Source: a virus
Reading direction: 5' to 3' (one strand)
Length of the DNA: 64,000 bases
IMG/VR virus record: IMGVR_UViG_3300020548_000009
Location: 20,685-84,684 of that record
Shown: positions 29,227-38,669 of the stretch, in pieces
How positions within the stretch are numbered: position 1 is the first letter of the stretch
Layout of the letters: every line of letters starts with the position of its first letter
Notes under the pieces: model-generated
Database searches by the model: none
Told to the model about the DNA's origin: nothing
What the model saw: only the letters and a program-made list of their open reading frames with translations
Translations under genes and position numbers: made by a program

Positions 29227-31920
29227 TCAGCCTTCTTCAGGCTCTTTCATGTGCAAATACATGGCGGCGGCGATTGCCAGAACTGTTGATACTCCAGCAA
29301 TTCTCTGAATAGGCCCAGACAAAGTTAAATACACAACAAGTGAGCCAGCAATCGTAAAGCCCATGTTGAGCAAGCCGTAGACGAACTTCTTGATAAATGC
29401 TTTCCAGTTCATAACCTTCACCCCATTTACATATCTGTAAATACTTATACTCTTAATCCAATCCAGACCGTCGCCGGCAATTTCGCCAGCAGCCTCAGAT
29501 TCTTCCTCTTCATTCCGTCTAGTGGCTGTGTCTTGCTTTGTAGTCGGAGAAGAACCGCTAGGGCCACCGGAACCACCGGAACTTGGCCCGATTGGACCAC
29601 TGGCGCTCAGCGCGGCTGCGGATGCCGTGAGCAGGCTTGCGGCAACGACGGTACGACGCTGTCCAACATCGATGGTTTGGCCCAGCATCGTGTAATTATC
29701 AAATGCACCCTGGAATAGGTCCACAACCTCTTCAAACACCCCTCTAATGGCTTCTGGAGCGCTCTGGACGGCCTCTACGACTGCCTCTGCCTGCTCATCG
29801 CTAAGGCTTTCTGCGGATACCTGCTCAAAGACCGCCTCTGCTTGGGAGGAATCTATGGACTCAAGTACGGCTGCGCTAGAGGCCAACTCTGCAGCCACCG
29901 AGGAATCAACACCAGCGCTTAAGACCGCCTCAACCACAGCGACAATCTTCTCCTTTTCTTCCTCTGTGAGTTCTTCAACTGGCTTGTCTTCTGAAATTGA
30001 GTCAAGAATGGCCCCTACGACGGCGACCAATTCCTCTTCGTCAGTGATTGATTCTAGAACTTCCCCAACAGCCTCAATGATTTCTTCCGCCGAAGCATCA
30101 TCATTAAGAACTGCATCTAGTTCCTCAACTATTTCTGTTACAGTTTCATCTTGTGGGGATTCTGATTCTGTTTGGCTTTCTTGGTTTTCTGGTTCTGTCG
30201 TCTGTGGCTCTTCTTGCTGTCCTGCTTCTTCATCAAGTGGAAGAGTTTGCTCCTCATCAGGCTGAGTCTCAATCGGAGTAGTCGTTGCTGTTTCGTCTTC
30301 TTCTTGAGGCGGTAAAGTCGTGGGTGTCGTTACTGAAGGCTCTTCGTCTTCATCGGGAAGAGTCGTATCAGTCTCATCAGGCACAGTCGTTCCAGGCTCG
30401 GTCTCTTCTGGCTCAGGAACAGTGGTTGTCGGGGGAGGCGTTGTCTCCACGGGAGGAACAGTCGTCGTGGTCTGAGGGGCGACATAAACAGTCGTAGTTG
30501 TCGTAGTTGTGGTTGTAGTAGTTGTAGTTGAATTCGGGTCAATAACAGTTGCATCAACAGTTACTTCGGGTCCGTATACACACGGACCTACGCCTTCGCC
30601 AGAGAAGCAACTTTGATTTCCCGCTTTAATGCCAAAGCGCACAGGTCCAAATCCAGTAGTTACGGGGTTGCTTCCAGAAAACATTCCAGTACTTAGCGAG
30701 TAGTTGGTGCCTTGGTTAGTCCACACACCCCAGCCACCTGACGTTGTTCCGCCAATTTCATCAAGGTCGTAAAAACTAACTGAGTAGCCGTAGACATTTA
30801 AGTTGCTTGATGCTGGAGCATCCCAGTCAAGGTCTATGCTTCCATCTGCGTTTGCTACAGCAGTGAGATTTGTGACTGCGTTGTAATATGGCGCAACCGT
30901 CGTTGTTGTAGTCGGCGGAACAGTAGTAGTTGTGGAAGTAGTCGTAGTTGTAGTCGTTTCAATTGCAGGGGCAGTTTCATTATTTGGCTGCACGCCACCA
31001 AATGTTGTGCAATTGCTTCCATCTGTGGCGCAACGATTTGTTACGCCAGCCGTATCATCAATCATTAACACTGGAGACAATGCGGTGTCGCCAAGGTTGA
31101 AAGATGCAAATCCAAGTTTGTATGTTCCGGTTACGGAAACTTCATAAGTGGAGGTTTGCCAGCCAGTTGAACCGTATGAATTAACCGAGTAGTCGCCAGT
31201 TCCTGGATTTGTAAATCCCAAAAGTGCATACTGTGCTGTGTAGTTGTTAACTTTTATTACTGGAGTTGACCCAACCGTCACCGGAACAAGGGAAGTTATC
31301 GAGCCGTCGTTAAATGGAACATAGTCAGTACCGACATAGTTCCAGGACATCGTGTATGTAACATCTGCCGTCAACTCGACTTCTTTGGTAATCCAAGCAG
31401 CATTGGTTGGATTTGGGCTTCCGTTGCCGGATGCCTGTGCATCTGCTATCAATTCATTTTGTATTGCTGTTTGCGGTGAGCCGGACAAGCCGAGTGCTGA
31501 CATTGCGGCCGAAAAGGTTGCCTCGTTATTCTTTGGCTGCAGTAAAGCAGCGTATGAATTGTTGTTTGGAGAAAATGTCCAACTTCCTGCTGCAACAGCA
31601 GGCGCATAATACTTATTTGGCTGACCGTTTACCGTTGGACTGCCCATCGCGCCGTGGGGGCCATGCGTAAATGTTCTGGAACCGTTAAAAACAGAAACAC
31701 CTGTTCCATTTCCGTTAATGGATGCACCAAGAGTCCCAGTCTGTGAGCCTTTGTCCCACCCAGTTAGGTTGCCAGCCTCAAATCCAGCACCTTGTATCGA
31801 TTGTGATGGTATTCCAGTTGAATCTGCTACGGCCGGATACACGCCTATCAGCGCAATAAGAAGGGACACCGGGCCAAGAATGCGGGCAAGTGCTTTTCGG
31901 TGGCGGTTCAGCGTAGACAT
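29227..31920 (-). CDS. secreted, membrane-anchored mucin-like surface protein with FN3 domain
   Basis: Signal peptide (..YPAVA/DS), beta-rich domain, poly-Thr/Pro linkers flanking an FN3, acidic stalk, C-terminal TM helices. Confidence 0.75.
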   Translation of the reverse strand: MSTLNRHRKALARILGPVSLLIALIGVYPAVADSTGIPSQSIQGAGFEAGNLTGWDKGSQTGTLGASINGNGTGVSVFNGSRTFTHGPHGAMGSPTVNGQPNKYYAPAVAAGSWTFSPNNNSYAALLQPKNNEATFSAAMSALGLSGSPQTAIQNELIADAQASGNGSPNPTNAAWITKEVELTADVTYTMSWNYVGTDYVPFNDGSITSLVPVTVGSTPVIKVNNYTAQYALLGFTNPGTGDYSVNSYGSTGWQTSTYEVSVTGTYKLGFASFNLGDTALSPVLMIDDTAGVTNRCATDGSNCTTFGGVQPNNETAPAIETTTTTTTSTTTTVPPTTTTTVAPYYNAVTNLTAVANADGSIDLDWDAPASSNLNVYGYSVSFYDLDEIGGTTSGGWGVWTNQGTNYSLSTGMFSGSNPVTTGFGPVRFGIKAGNQSCFSGEGVGPCVYGPEVTVDATVIDPNSTTTTTTTTTTTTTVYVAPQTTTTVPPVETTPPPTTTVPEPEETEPGTTVPDETDTTLPDEDEEPSVTTPTTLPPQEEDETATTTPIETQPDEEQTLPLDEEAGQQEEPQTTEPENQESQTESESPQDETVTEIVEELDAVLNDDASAEEIIEAVGEVLESITDEEELVAVVGAILDSISEDKPVEELTEEEKEKIVAVVEAVLSAGVDSSVAAELASSAAVLESIDSSQAEAVFEQVSAESLSDEQAEAVVEAVQSAPEAIRGVFEEVVDLFQGAFDNYTMLGQTIDVGQRRTVVAASLLTASAAALSASGPIGPSSGGSGGPSGSSPTTKQDTATRRNEEEESEAAGEIAGDGLDWIKSISIYRYVNGVKVMNWKAFIKKFVYGLLNMGFTIAGSLVVYLTLSGPIQRIAGVSTVLAIAAAMYLHMKEPEEG

Positions 31921-31985
31921 TTTGCAACAAAGTTATGTTGCAAAAACAAATAGTCTTCATAAGACCCAGTACCTGTATAGGCAAA

Positions 31986-33080
31986 CTACAAACTACTTAT
32001 TTCCTTAAACACAGACACCCATTCCGGTCCAGTCTTTGACATAGTAAATTCTTTTTCAATAATCTTGTTTATCTTTTTTGACTCTTCTTCGCGTACCTTG
32101 AACTTCATAAGTTCATCAAAATGACCTATCCAATCGGCATCGCATTTTGCAATTCTTCCAACTCCCATCGATGAGAGATACTCATATTCCGGCAAAGCAG
32201 AAGCAACAAAAGGTATTCCAGAGGCGGCATACTCAACGCCTTTGATAAAGGATTTTGCCCTATTAAACGGAATATCATTTAGCGGTACTACACCGATGTC
32301 AAATTTTGCGTGGGCGTCCTGCATTTCAAACAGTGGAACCATTCCGCTAACTGTGCAGTTCTTGGGATTTATGCCAAGCCTCAAGTATGCCGCTGGAGCC
32401 CATATCAGGTGGCCTGCGTGATGAAATTTTATTTTATTTTTTTCCAAGTACGAATCCAAGAAAGGTTGCATTACCTCAAGGTCCATTGACCGCCACGGTG
32501 TAGCGCCAAGCCAGCCGATTACTGGCGCTCTGTTAACCGCTTTTAAGCGCTTAAATGAATTGTTCTGTATGGCGTTGCGAACCATAAATATTGGCTTTGA
32601 CGGATACTTCTTTGAAAAGTAATCGCGTATAAATGGGGTTGAGCAAATTAGCGCATCAGAGACTTTGATTATCTCTGCGTATATTTCTCTATTGTTATCT
32701 TTGTTGGAATTTGGCGAACTGGATTGATATGCCAAATTGGTTGAATGCAGTTCGTCATAAAGGTCATCTATGTCAACAACTATCTTTTGACCACGTGACT
32801 GTGCCTTTGGAATTCGCTCAAGAACTTCCTTTGACATAATAACTTTCAACACAATAATATTGTTGTTGTTAGAAAAACTTTTATTCAATCTTTTGATTGC
32901 AAACTCTCCATTTGGTTTTACTGACAAAAATCCAAAAGCAGATGCAGCGCCAGCAAGATTTAACTGCTGCGACGGAAGTATGGACCGATACCAAGTGCAC
33001 CCATTTGGAACATGCTGGCCGTCAACGACTGACCAGTCAAGAGATGCAAATCCAACATTCATTTTGGATAATTTGTTCAT
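31986..33080 (-). CDS. glycosyltransferase (GT-B, GT4-like)
   Basis: VVDIDD, IGWLG, DIGVVPL...FN..KS.IK..EYAASGIP.VAS. Confidence 0.9.
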   Translation of the reverse strand: MNKLSKMNVGFASLDWSVVDGQHVPNGCTWYRSILPSQQLNLAGAASAFGFLSVKPNGEFAIKRLNKSFSNNNNIIVLKVIMSKEVLERIPKAQSRGQKIVVDIDDLYDELHSTNLAYQSSSPNSNKDNNREIYAEIIKVSDALICSTPFIRDYFSKKYPSKPIFMVRNAIQNNSFKRLKAVNRAPVIGWLGATPWRSMDLEVMQPFLDSYLEKNKIKFHHAGHLIWAPAAYLRLGINPKNCTVSGMVPLFEMQDAHAKFDIGVVPLNDIPFNRAKSFIKGVEYAASGIPFVASALPEYEYLSSMGVGRIAKCDADWIGHFDELMKFKVREEESKKINKIIEKEFTMSKTGPEWVSVFKEISSL

Positions 33081-34190
33081 TTACTTGATGTCCATAATAT
33101 TCATGAATACGTTTTCCCATTCTTTTGCAATGACGTCCATAGAGAATTGTTCTTTAAGTATTTCTTGAGAAACTTCTGCTTCATCATTTCGCATATTGTG
33201 ATTCAGTAACTCATCAAAATGGTAAAGCCAATCCGACTCTGAATAGGCTACTCTCCCAATACCGCTTTGGGCAAGGACTTCGTATTCCGGCGAATAAGAA
33301 GCAACAAAAGGTATTCCTGCCGCCGCATACTCAAGGCCCTTCAGGTAGGACTTGGCATGATTGAACGGAATATTGTTCAGGGGAACAATGCCGATATCTA
33401 TTTTCTTAAAAAGTTCTGGCAAGTTGAGTATTGGAATCATTCCTTGTGTCGTTGACTTATCACTTGGAGCCCCAATAAGTTCAGATGCTTTTTGCGCGCC
33501 GTCTATGTGGCCCGAATGGTGAAAGGTCAACTTATTTCGCAAGAGATAATCTCCAAAAAAGCCACTTAGTTGCTCCAGGTCATTGCCCCTCCATGGAGTT
33601 GCCCCGACCCATCCAATAACCGGTTTTTTGTAAAAGTGCTTTTTCTTCTTCCATCTACCCAGGTCAATTCCATTTCTAACCATAAATATCGGCTTCGATG
33701 GGTATTTGAGTTTGTATTGCTCATATAGAAATGGAGTTGAACAAATGAGGGCGTGGGCTCTATTAATTACTGAAAAGTAGATATCTCTGTTGTTCTCTTT
33801 ATTTGTTTCTGGATTTGTAGTTTCAAATGCCCTATTTGATTCCGGCAAGCCGTCAAACCAGTCATCGATATCTACAACAATCTTTTGCCCGCTTGACTCT
33901 GCTTTTTCAATTGCGGTCAAGTTGGATATGTGCATGGCAAGTTTGAACACGATTATGTTGAGTCCACTTGCCGTTCCTTCTTGTGAATAAAGTGGCTTTC
34001 GTATACCTATGCCTATTTCTCCGCTAGAAGATGATGCAACAGTTCCGACAACAGCACCATGTCCAAACTTTTGAAGTTCTTTTAGCGGGAGCACACACCT
34101 ATACCAAGTGCATCCATTTGGGATTAGCAGTTCTCCAACTTTGGACCAGTCCTGAGAAGCAAACCCGACAGAAAACTTAGACACATTCAC
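33081..34190 (-). CDS. glycosyltransferase (GT-B, GT4-like), paralog
   Basis: Same motifs; both share PNGCTWYR at the N-terminus. Confidence 0.9.
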   Translation of the reverse strand: MNVSKFSVGFASQDWSKVGELLIPNGCTWYRCVLPLKELQKFGHGAVVGTVASSSSGEIGIGIRKPLYSQEGTASGLNIIVFKLAMHISNLTAIEKAESSGQKIVVDIDDWFDGLPESNRAFETTNPETNKENNRDIYFSVINRAHALICSTPFLYEQYKLKYPSKPIFMVRNGIDLGRWKKKKHFYKKPVIGWVGATPWRGNDLEQLSGFFGDYLLRNKLTFHHSGHIDGAQKASELIGAPSDKSTTQGMIPILNLPELFKKIDIGIVPLNNIPFNHAKSYLKGLEYAAAGIPFVASYSPEYEVLAQSGIGRVAYSESDWLYHFDELLNHNMRNDEAEVSQEILKEQFSMDVIAKEWENVFMNIMDIK

Positions 34191-34197
34191 AATGTAA

Positions 34198-35061
34198 CTA
34201 TTTTGTATCTAAACCAATGACAAAGTAATGTCCACCACCTAAATGGTCCGGCACATTTACTGGCGAAGCAAACACGTTACCGACTGGAATATGTCGATTC
34301 TCAAGGTTGCCATGCGTAAGTTTGGATGCATCTTCCCTGAGATTTTTTACCCACTTGATTGAATCGAGTTCCGATGTTTTTTGACTTGGGGATGGTGTTG
34401 ATTCGTTCCTGCCTTGGGCAAACCAAGACAGATACGCATAACGAACACCTTGGATAACTGGCTTTATGCTGTGGCAGCCAGCATAAGAAGATGGGTACAT
34501 GAGAATGTCTCCCACCTTTGGCTTGAATTCAATACCCCAAGGTGCATAAGAGACCTCTCCTCCAACATAATCATCATTGAGGATGACCGCTGCGGTGACA
34601 GTATTACAGATAGGGAAGGACGAAAGCGGAGTTGCGTTGTCTTCACCGTATGGCAAATCGCAGTCCGAGTGAGGTCCTATTCCTTGACCCTCTTCATATC
34701 TGATGAAATAACCTCTTGTTCTCCATCGAATTGAATTAATCACTACCGGGAATAGCGCAGCATACTGAACCATGCTTTGATAAAGGGCATTTTCCAACGA
34801 AAGAATGAAATCAACATGCTCTTTCGGCATGTCCTGATAAAGATAATTGTTGTACCTTATTGGAGCAGATTGGATGTCTTCATCTGAATATTCGTATAAA
34901 CCGTTGTTTAGTTTTACATCTTTCGATATTGGCGATTCCGTGTACCCTTGAGGCAGTGTATTTTTTTCAATACCACTCATTACCTCTTTAAATAAATCTT
35001 GATTTATCAAAGACAAGTTTCCAAATTGGACAATTCCTGAGCCGTGATGATGGATGTTCAT
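34198..35061 (-). CDS. 2OG-Fe(II) oxygenase, P4H-like, paralog group A
   Basis: HSD...LNDDYVGGE...HSIKPVIQGVRY; TAATG-coupled. Confidence 0.9.
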   Translation of the reverse strand: MNIHHHGSGIVQFGNLSLINQDLFKEVMSGIEKNTLPQGYTESPISKDVKLNNGLYEYSDEDIQSAPIRYNNYLYQDMPKEHVDFILSLENALYQSMVQYAALFPVVINSIRWRTRGYFIRYEEGQGIGPHSDCDLPYGEDNATPLSSFPICNTVTAAVILNDDYVGGEVSYAPWGIEFKPKVGDILMYPSSYAGCHSIKPVIQGVRYAYLSWFAQGRNESTPSPSQKTSELDSIKWVKNLREDASKLTHGNLENRHIPVGNVFASPVNVPDHLGGGHYFVIGLDTK

Positions 35062-35936
35062 TACCAAATCCTTGATACGAGTGTGTGTAGGTGAGAACTG
35101 CCAGATGGGTCTTTTTTGTTGGCAAAAGCCAAAACATCCTCACGGAGTGAAGGCATGTACACATTAGTGGCCGATGAGTTAACCGAAGGGTCCACTACAT
35201 ATTCTCCAACTGCCTGATTTGGCGTTCCGTGCGCATACCAGCCCAAGTACGAGTACCTGTGCCCTCCAGTGACGGTTCTCACTTCGTGTCCTGCAACATA
35301 GTTGGAAGGAAACATCAGCACGTCACCCTTTTGTGGCTTGTATGTTATGTTCAAATAATTAAAGTGATGGTGGCCGCCAGTAAAGTTTTTTCCGTCTAAT
35401 TCTTCTTCTGTATCAACGCAATCGTTGAGATAAATCAAACATGAAACACTGTTTCTTGTGGCCAACTGTTGCTTTGGGTGGTCAAAACCATATGCATAGT
35501 CGGCACTCGTATCGCTATGAATCCCCAAGTAAAGTCCGCCCTTTGTTGGCGAATAAGAAACGAAATGCCCCTTAACTTTCCACCACACAACCTTGTAGGC
35601 CAACGGATATTCCCAAAAATAATGAAGCAGGCATTCATCTCTTGTTGATTCAAGCGCGTTAAGCAAGTTGACAACATCGGCATCATTTGATTGGTGCGCC
35701 ACCGAGCATCTGCGGGGCATGTCGCCTGCTGCGTCTTCGGAATAGATATAGTCGCTTTTGTTTGAAAGAATCTTTTCGCCAGTTTCTGGGTCTATTGCCG
35801 GCTTGTACATTGATGGCGAATCAAGGTCTACCAGTTCCTCGGCAATATCAAATACCGAGTCCCAATCCAGGGAGATTGCGTTCTTGAACAAAACTACGCC
35901 ACCGCCCAAGTTCTCTATCAAGCAATTGCTATTCAT
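35061..35936 (-). CDS. 2OG-Fe(II) oxygenase, P4H-like, paralog group A
   Basis: HSD...YLND...FTGG...HEVRTVTGGHRY. Confidence 0.9.
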   Translation of the reverse strand: MNSNCLIENLGGGVVLFKNAISLDWDSVFDIAEELVDLDSPSMYKPAIDPETGEKILSNKSDYIYSEDAAGDMPRRCSVAHQSNDADVVNLLNALESTRDECLLHYFWEYPLAYKVVWWKVKGHFVSYSPTKGGLYLGIHSDTSADYAYGFDHPKQQLATRNSVSCLIYLNDCVDTEEELDGKNFTGGHHHFNYLNITYKPQKGDVLMFPSNYVAGHEVRTVTGGHRYSYLGWYAHGTPNQAVGEYVVDPSVNSSATNVYMPSLREDVLAFANKKDPSGSSHLHTLVSRIW

Positions 35937-36840
35937 TTACAATGTTCCTGCTTTGCGGTAAATATTTTTTAGTGCTTGAACTATGAGTTCTTGTTGGAAC
36001 CCCAGTCATCAATGGCTTTAGTTTACTTGATGAATGCTTTTCACTAATGTACGAAACATAATCGTCAACAATAGTTGGCAGCCAAACCTGGCTTTGCTTG
36101 CCAACCGGGACACTTGGTCCTGGCTGTATGCCTCGTTCGATATGGGCTGAGCCATGCGAAAAATAAGAAATGTAAACGTATCTCTCCCCACTCAGGCATG
36201 GCCTCACTTCATGTGTGCCAAGGTAGTTTGATGGGAATATGAGCAAATCGCCAGATTTTGGTTGATGTACAGAATTGGCATATACGAATTCAATTTCTCC
36301 ACCGCTGTATTCATATTTGCCTAGTTCTTTTTGACTCCCAACGGACGAATTTAAATACAGCAACACACTCAATACATGCCTTGTAGCAAGTTGTAAATCC
36401 GGCTCAAAACCAACTTGATAATTCACTTCGTTGTCGTTGTGAGTCCCCATGCTGCTGCCTGCGCCATAAGCGGCCACATGGCCAGTTTCCGTCCACCATA
36501 TATTTGGGAGAACATGCGGGTACATTTCTATGTACATCAAAAGATGTTCATAGATGGTTTTTTCACATTCATTAAAAAATTCAACCAACTCTTTCGGACT
36601 ATCTTCGTTGATGAAGTCCATGATGTGACTTGCGCTCTTTTTTATGTCTTCAATTTCGTATCTGTGGCCGCTTCTGTTTATCGCATAAGGCTCTTGTCCA
36701 TCCTCATGAACAATGGTGTAATCGTCTTTAATTGCCTTCTCTTTGAGCGATGAAAAATATGGAATAACCAGGTCTTGGTCAACTTCTATAGAATTTGGGA
36801 AACAGACAATGCCCATGCCGTAATTTATTGAAGTTTCCAT
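35929..36840 (-). CDS. 2OG-Fe(II) oxygenase, P4H-like, paralog group A
   Basis: HND...YLN...YSGGE...HEVRPCLSGERY; TAGTAT 6 nt before ATG 36840. Confidence 0.9.
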   Translation of the reverse strand: METSINYGMGIVCFPNSIEVDQDLVIPYFSSLKEKAIKDDYTIVHEDGQEPYAINRSGHRYEIEDIKKSASHIMDFINEDSPKELVEFFNECEKTIYEHLLMYIEMYPHVLPNIWWTETGHVAAYGAGSSMGTHNDNEVNYQVGFEPDLQLATRHVLSVLLYLNSSVGSQKELGKYEYSGGEIEFVYANSVHQPKSGDLLIFPSNYLGTHEVRPCLSGERYVYISYFSHGSAHIERGIQPGPSVPVGKQSQVWLPTIVDDYVSYISEKHSSSKLKPLMTGVPTRTHSSSTKKYLPQSRNIVNE

Positions 36841-36879
36841 ACACAAATACTATATGGGCACAAACCCACAAGCAAGAAT

Positions 36880-37626
36880 CTAATTCTTTACAAAAACCGT
36901 AACCCCGTAAAATTGCGGAAAATGATACGAGGTTCCCGACAAGCCTTTGAGATTTTCATGGAACTGGTAATACGGGTGCCAAGTGTATGAGGACGAGTAC
37001 ATATTTGATGCATCGTTTGTTGCGGAAATAACAAGCGTCCCGCCCGGAGCCAAAGCGTTGACCAACGAATCGAGATACTCCATATCAAACGCCACATCCC
37101 AGGATTGAACTGCAATCATTTCAAATTGTTCATCGATTCCAGAAATAAGTTCTGACTTGTCGTACACCGAGTACCCAAAGGAGGTGTGCTCGTAAACGTT
37201 TTTTAGATTTTTCTCATACATGAAAAGGCCGACATCGTTCACAAAATTTATATTTGCATTTTTGAAACCGTCAAAAACATTTTCTGGCGCCAAAAGAAAA
37301 CGAGACACCGAACTGCTAAGTCCCCCAACAAACAGTATTGATGTTGGTTGCTTGGTGCGAATTAAAAAATCCTCTATTGCCATTTGGGGAATTATCGCGC
37401 CAACCCAAAATTCATCAGTCATGTCTTTTGAAACTCGCCACTGCATTGACACGGTGGACAAACCCACAGCGTTATGGCTCAAGTCAACACTTGCCTCGGC
37501 CATCGTGTTCCAGCACTTGGTTGACCAGTCTTCCATGTTTGTTTTAAATTCATTGGAGACCAGCGACGTGCCAGACGAAGAAAGTTGTGTACTTACCATT
37601 CCGGCGAAAAGGACTTCTGGTTTCAT
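36880..37626 (-). CDS. divergent class I SAM-dependent (O-)methyltransferase-like protein
   Basis: KQPTSILFVG (degenerate motif I), EQFEMIAV, LVNALAPGGTLVI. Confidence 0.55.
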   Translation of the reverse strand: MKPEVLFAGMVSTQLSSSGTSLVSNEFKTNMEDWSTKCWNTMAEASVDLSHNAVGLSTVSMQWRVSKDMTDEFWVGAIIPQMAIEDFLIRTKQPTSILFVGGLSSSVSRFLLAPENVFDGFKNANINFVNDVGLFMYEKNLKNVYEHTSFGYSVYDKSELISGIDEQFEMIAVQSWDVAFDMEYLDSLVNALAPGGTLVISATNDASNMYSSSYTWHPYYQFHENLKGLSGTSYHFPQFYGVTVFVKN

Positions 37627-37925
37627 AGTTCTTTCCCGTATTTAGATACTTGCAAATAGAAAAAAGCATTTCTAAGTTTCGGTATAAAGAAACTGTAATT
37701 GCGATAAATAAATGGATACGCTGGGTCTCTTCCAAATCCAGAATCTTTTGTGGAAAAAGTTTCTCTTAGGGCAGTGATAATTTGACCAATTTCGTAACTT
37801 TCAAAGTTGGCAGGGTCGAGACCGGTAACAAAAAGAATTTCAGCGATGTCTTGCCACAAATCCACAATATGCTTATCTGCGTCAAAAAGTTTTTCTGCTG
37901 AATTGGCAGCACACGACCTTGGCAT
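37623..37925 (-). CDS. small protein with G(L/V)D-motif, paralog 3
   Basis: ILFVTGLDPANFE. Confidence 0.6.
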   Translation of the reverse strand: MPRSCAANSAEKLFDADKHIVDLWQDIAEILFVTGLDPANFESYEIGQIITALRETFSTKDSGFGRDPAYPFIYRNYSFFIPKLRNAFFYLQVSKYGKEL

Positions 37926-37929
37926 ATCT

Positions 37930-38118
37930 TTACTGCTCTTTCGCTAAAAATCGGTCAGTGATATCGCAATTCATCATTTGACCGTTTTTAAATTCCCACT
38001 GCCTTGTGTCTGGGTTCCATTGAGCAACATTGTTCTCATAATCCTTATACCTCAGCATGCGCGGCTTTTCTTCCTTTGCCTCATCTAGGTGAAGTGGAAC
38101 AACTGGCTTTGGAATCAT
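37930..38118 (-). CDS. hypothetical 62-aa protein
   Basis: Tightly packed ORF; QWNPDTRQW. Confidence 0.55.
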   Translation of the reverse strand: MIPKPVVPLHLDEAKEEKPRMLRYKDYENNVAQWNPDTRQWEFKNGQMMNCDITDRFLAKEQ

Positions 38119-38120
38119 GT

Positions 38121-38336
38121 CTAAGAGTCAGAAATCAAAACGTAATTGGCTACTTGACGCTTCAGCGATTCATGAGCAGCATATTCCGAATGCCCCTCTG
38201 GCAAATCGTGGTCGTATGAATCATCAATTGTCGATACGTCGACGCCAAGCGACATGCACAAGACGCCGATTGAGTGCTCAAGAAGTTTTTTTGCTTCTTG
38301 TTTTGCCTTGGCAAGTTGCGCTTCTGAGAGGTTCAT
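38121..38336 (-). CDS. small protein with G(L/V)D-motif, paralog 2
   Basis: LCMSLGVDVSTIDD. Confidence 0.6.
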   Translation of the reverse strand: MNLSEAQLAKAKQEAKKLLEHSIGVLCMSLGVDVSTIDDSYDHDLPEGHSEYAAHESLKRQVANYVLISDS

Positions 38337-38339
38337 TGA

Positions 38340-38588
38340 TTACCCAAGTTTTTCTAGACGTGATTTGAGGGACGCAATCGTTTCAAGTTTTTTCTTTACG
38401 TCCAGTTTCCATTGCTGAACATCTGTCTGGTTCTCGGCGAAAGACTCAGAAAAAGTGGCTTCGTCAAAGGTGTCAACGTCTACCCCGTAGCGAAGCAGTA
38501 CGCCAAATACTTCTGTTTCCTGCGCTGCAATTGCCTCTTCCACAAGGCGCTTTTGTGTCGCTACGTCAATATTTGTGTTGAGTTTCAT
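38340..38588 (-). CDS. small protein with G(L/V)D-motif, paralog 1
   Basis: LLRYGVDVDTFDE; AAGGAG SD. Confidence 0.65.
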   Translation of the reverse strand: MKLNTNIDVATQKRLVEEAIAAQETEVFGVLLRYGVDVDTFDEATFSESFAENQTDVQQWKLDVKKKLETIASLKSRLEKLG

Positions 38589-38669
38589 TGGTCTCCTTTT
38601 AGCCGCGTCTTGACCGTTGTTGATTCAATAATAGCACTGCTACTCAAAAAAAGGCAAAGGTGGCGACGC

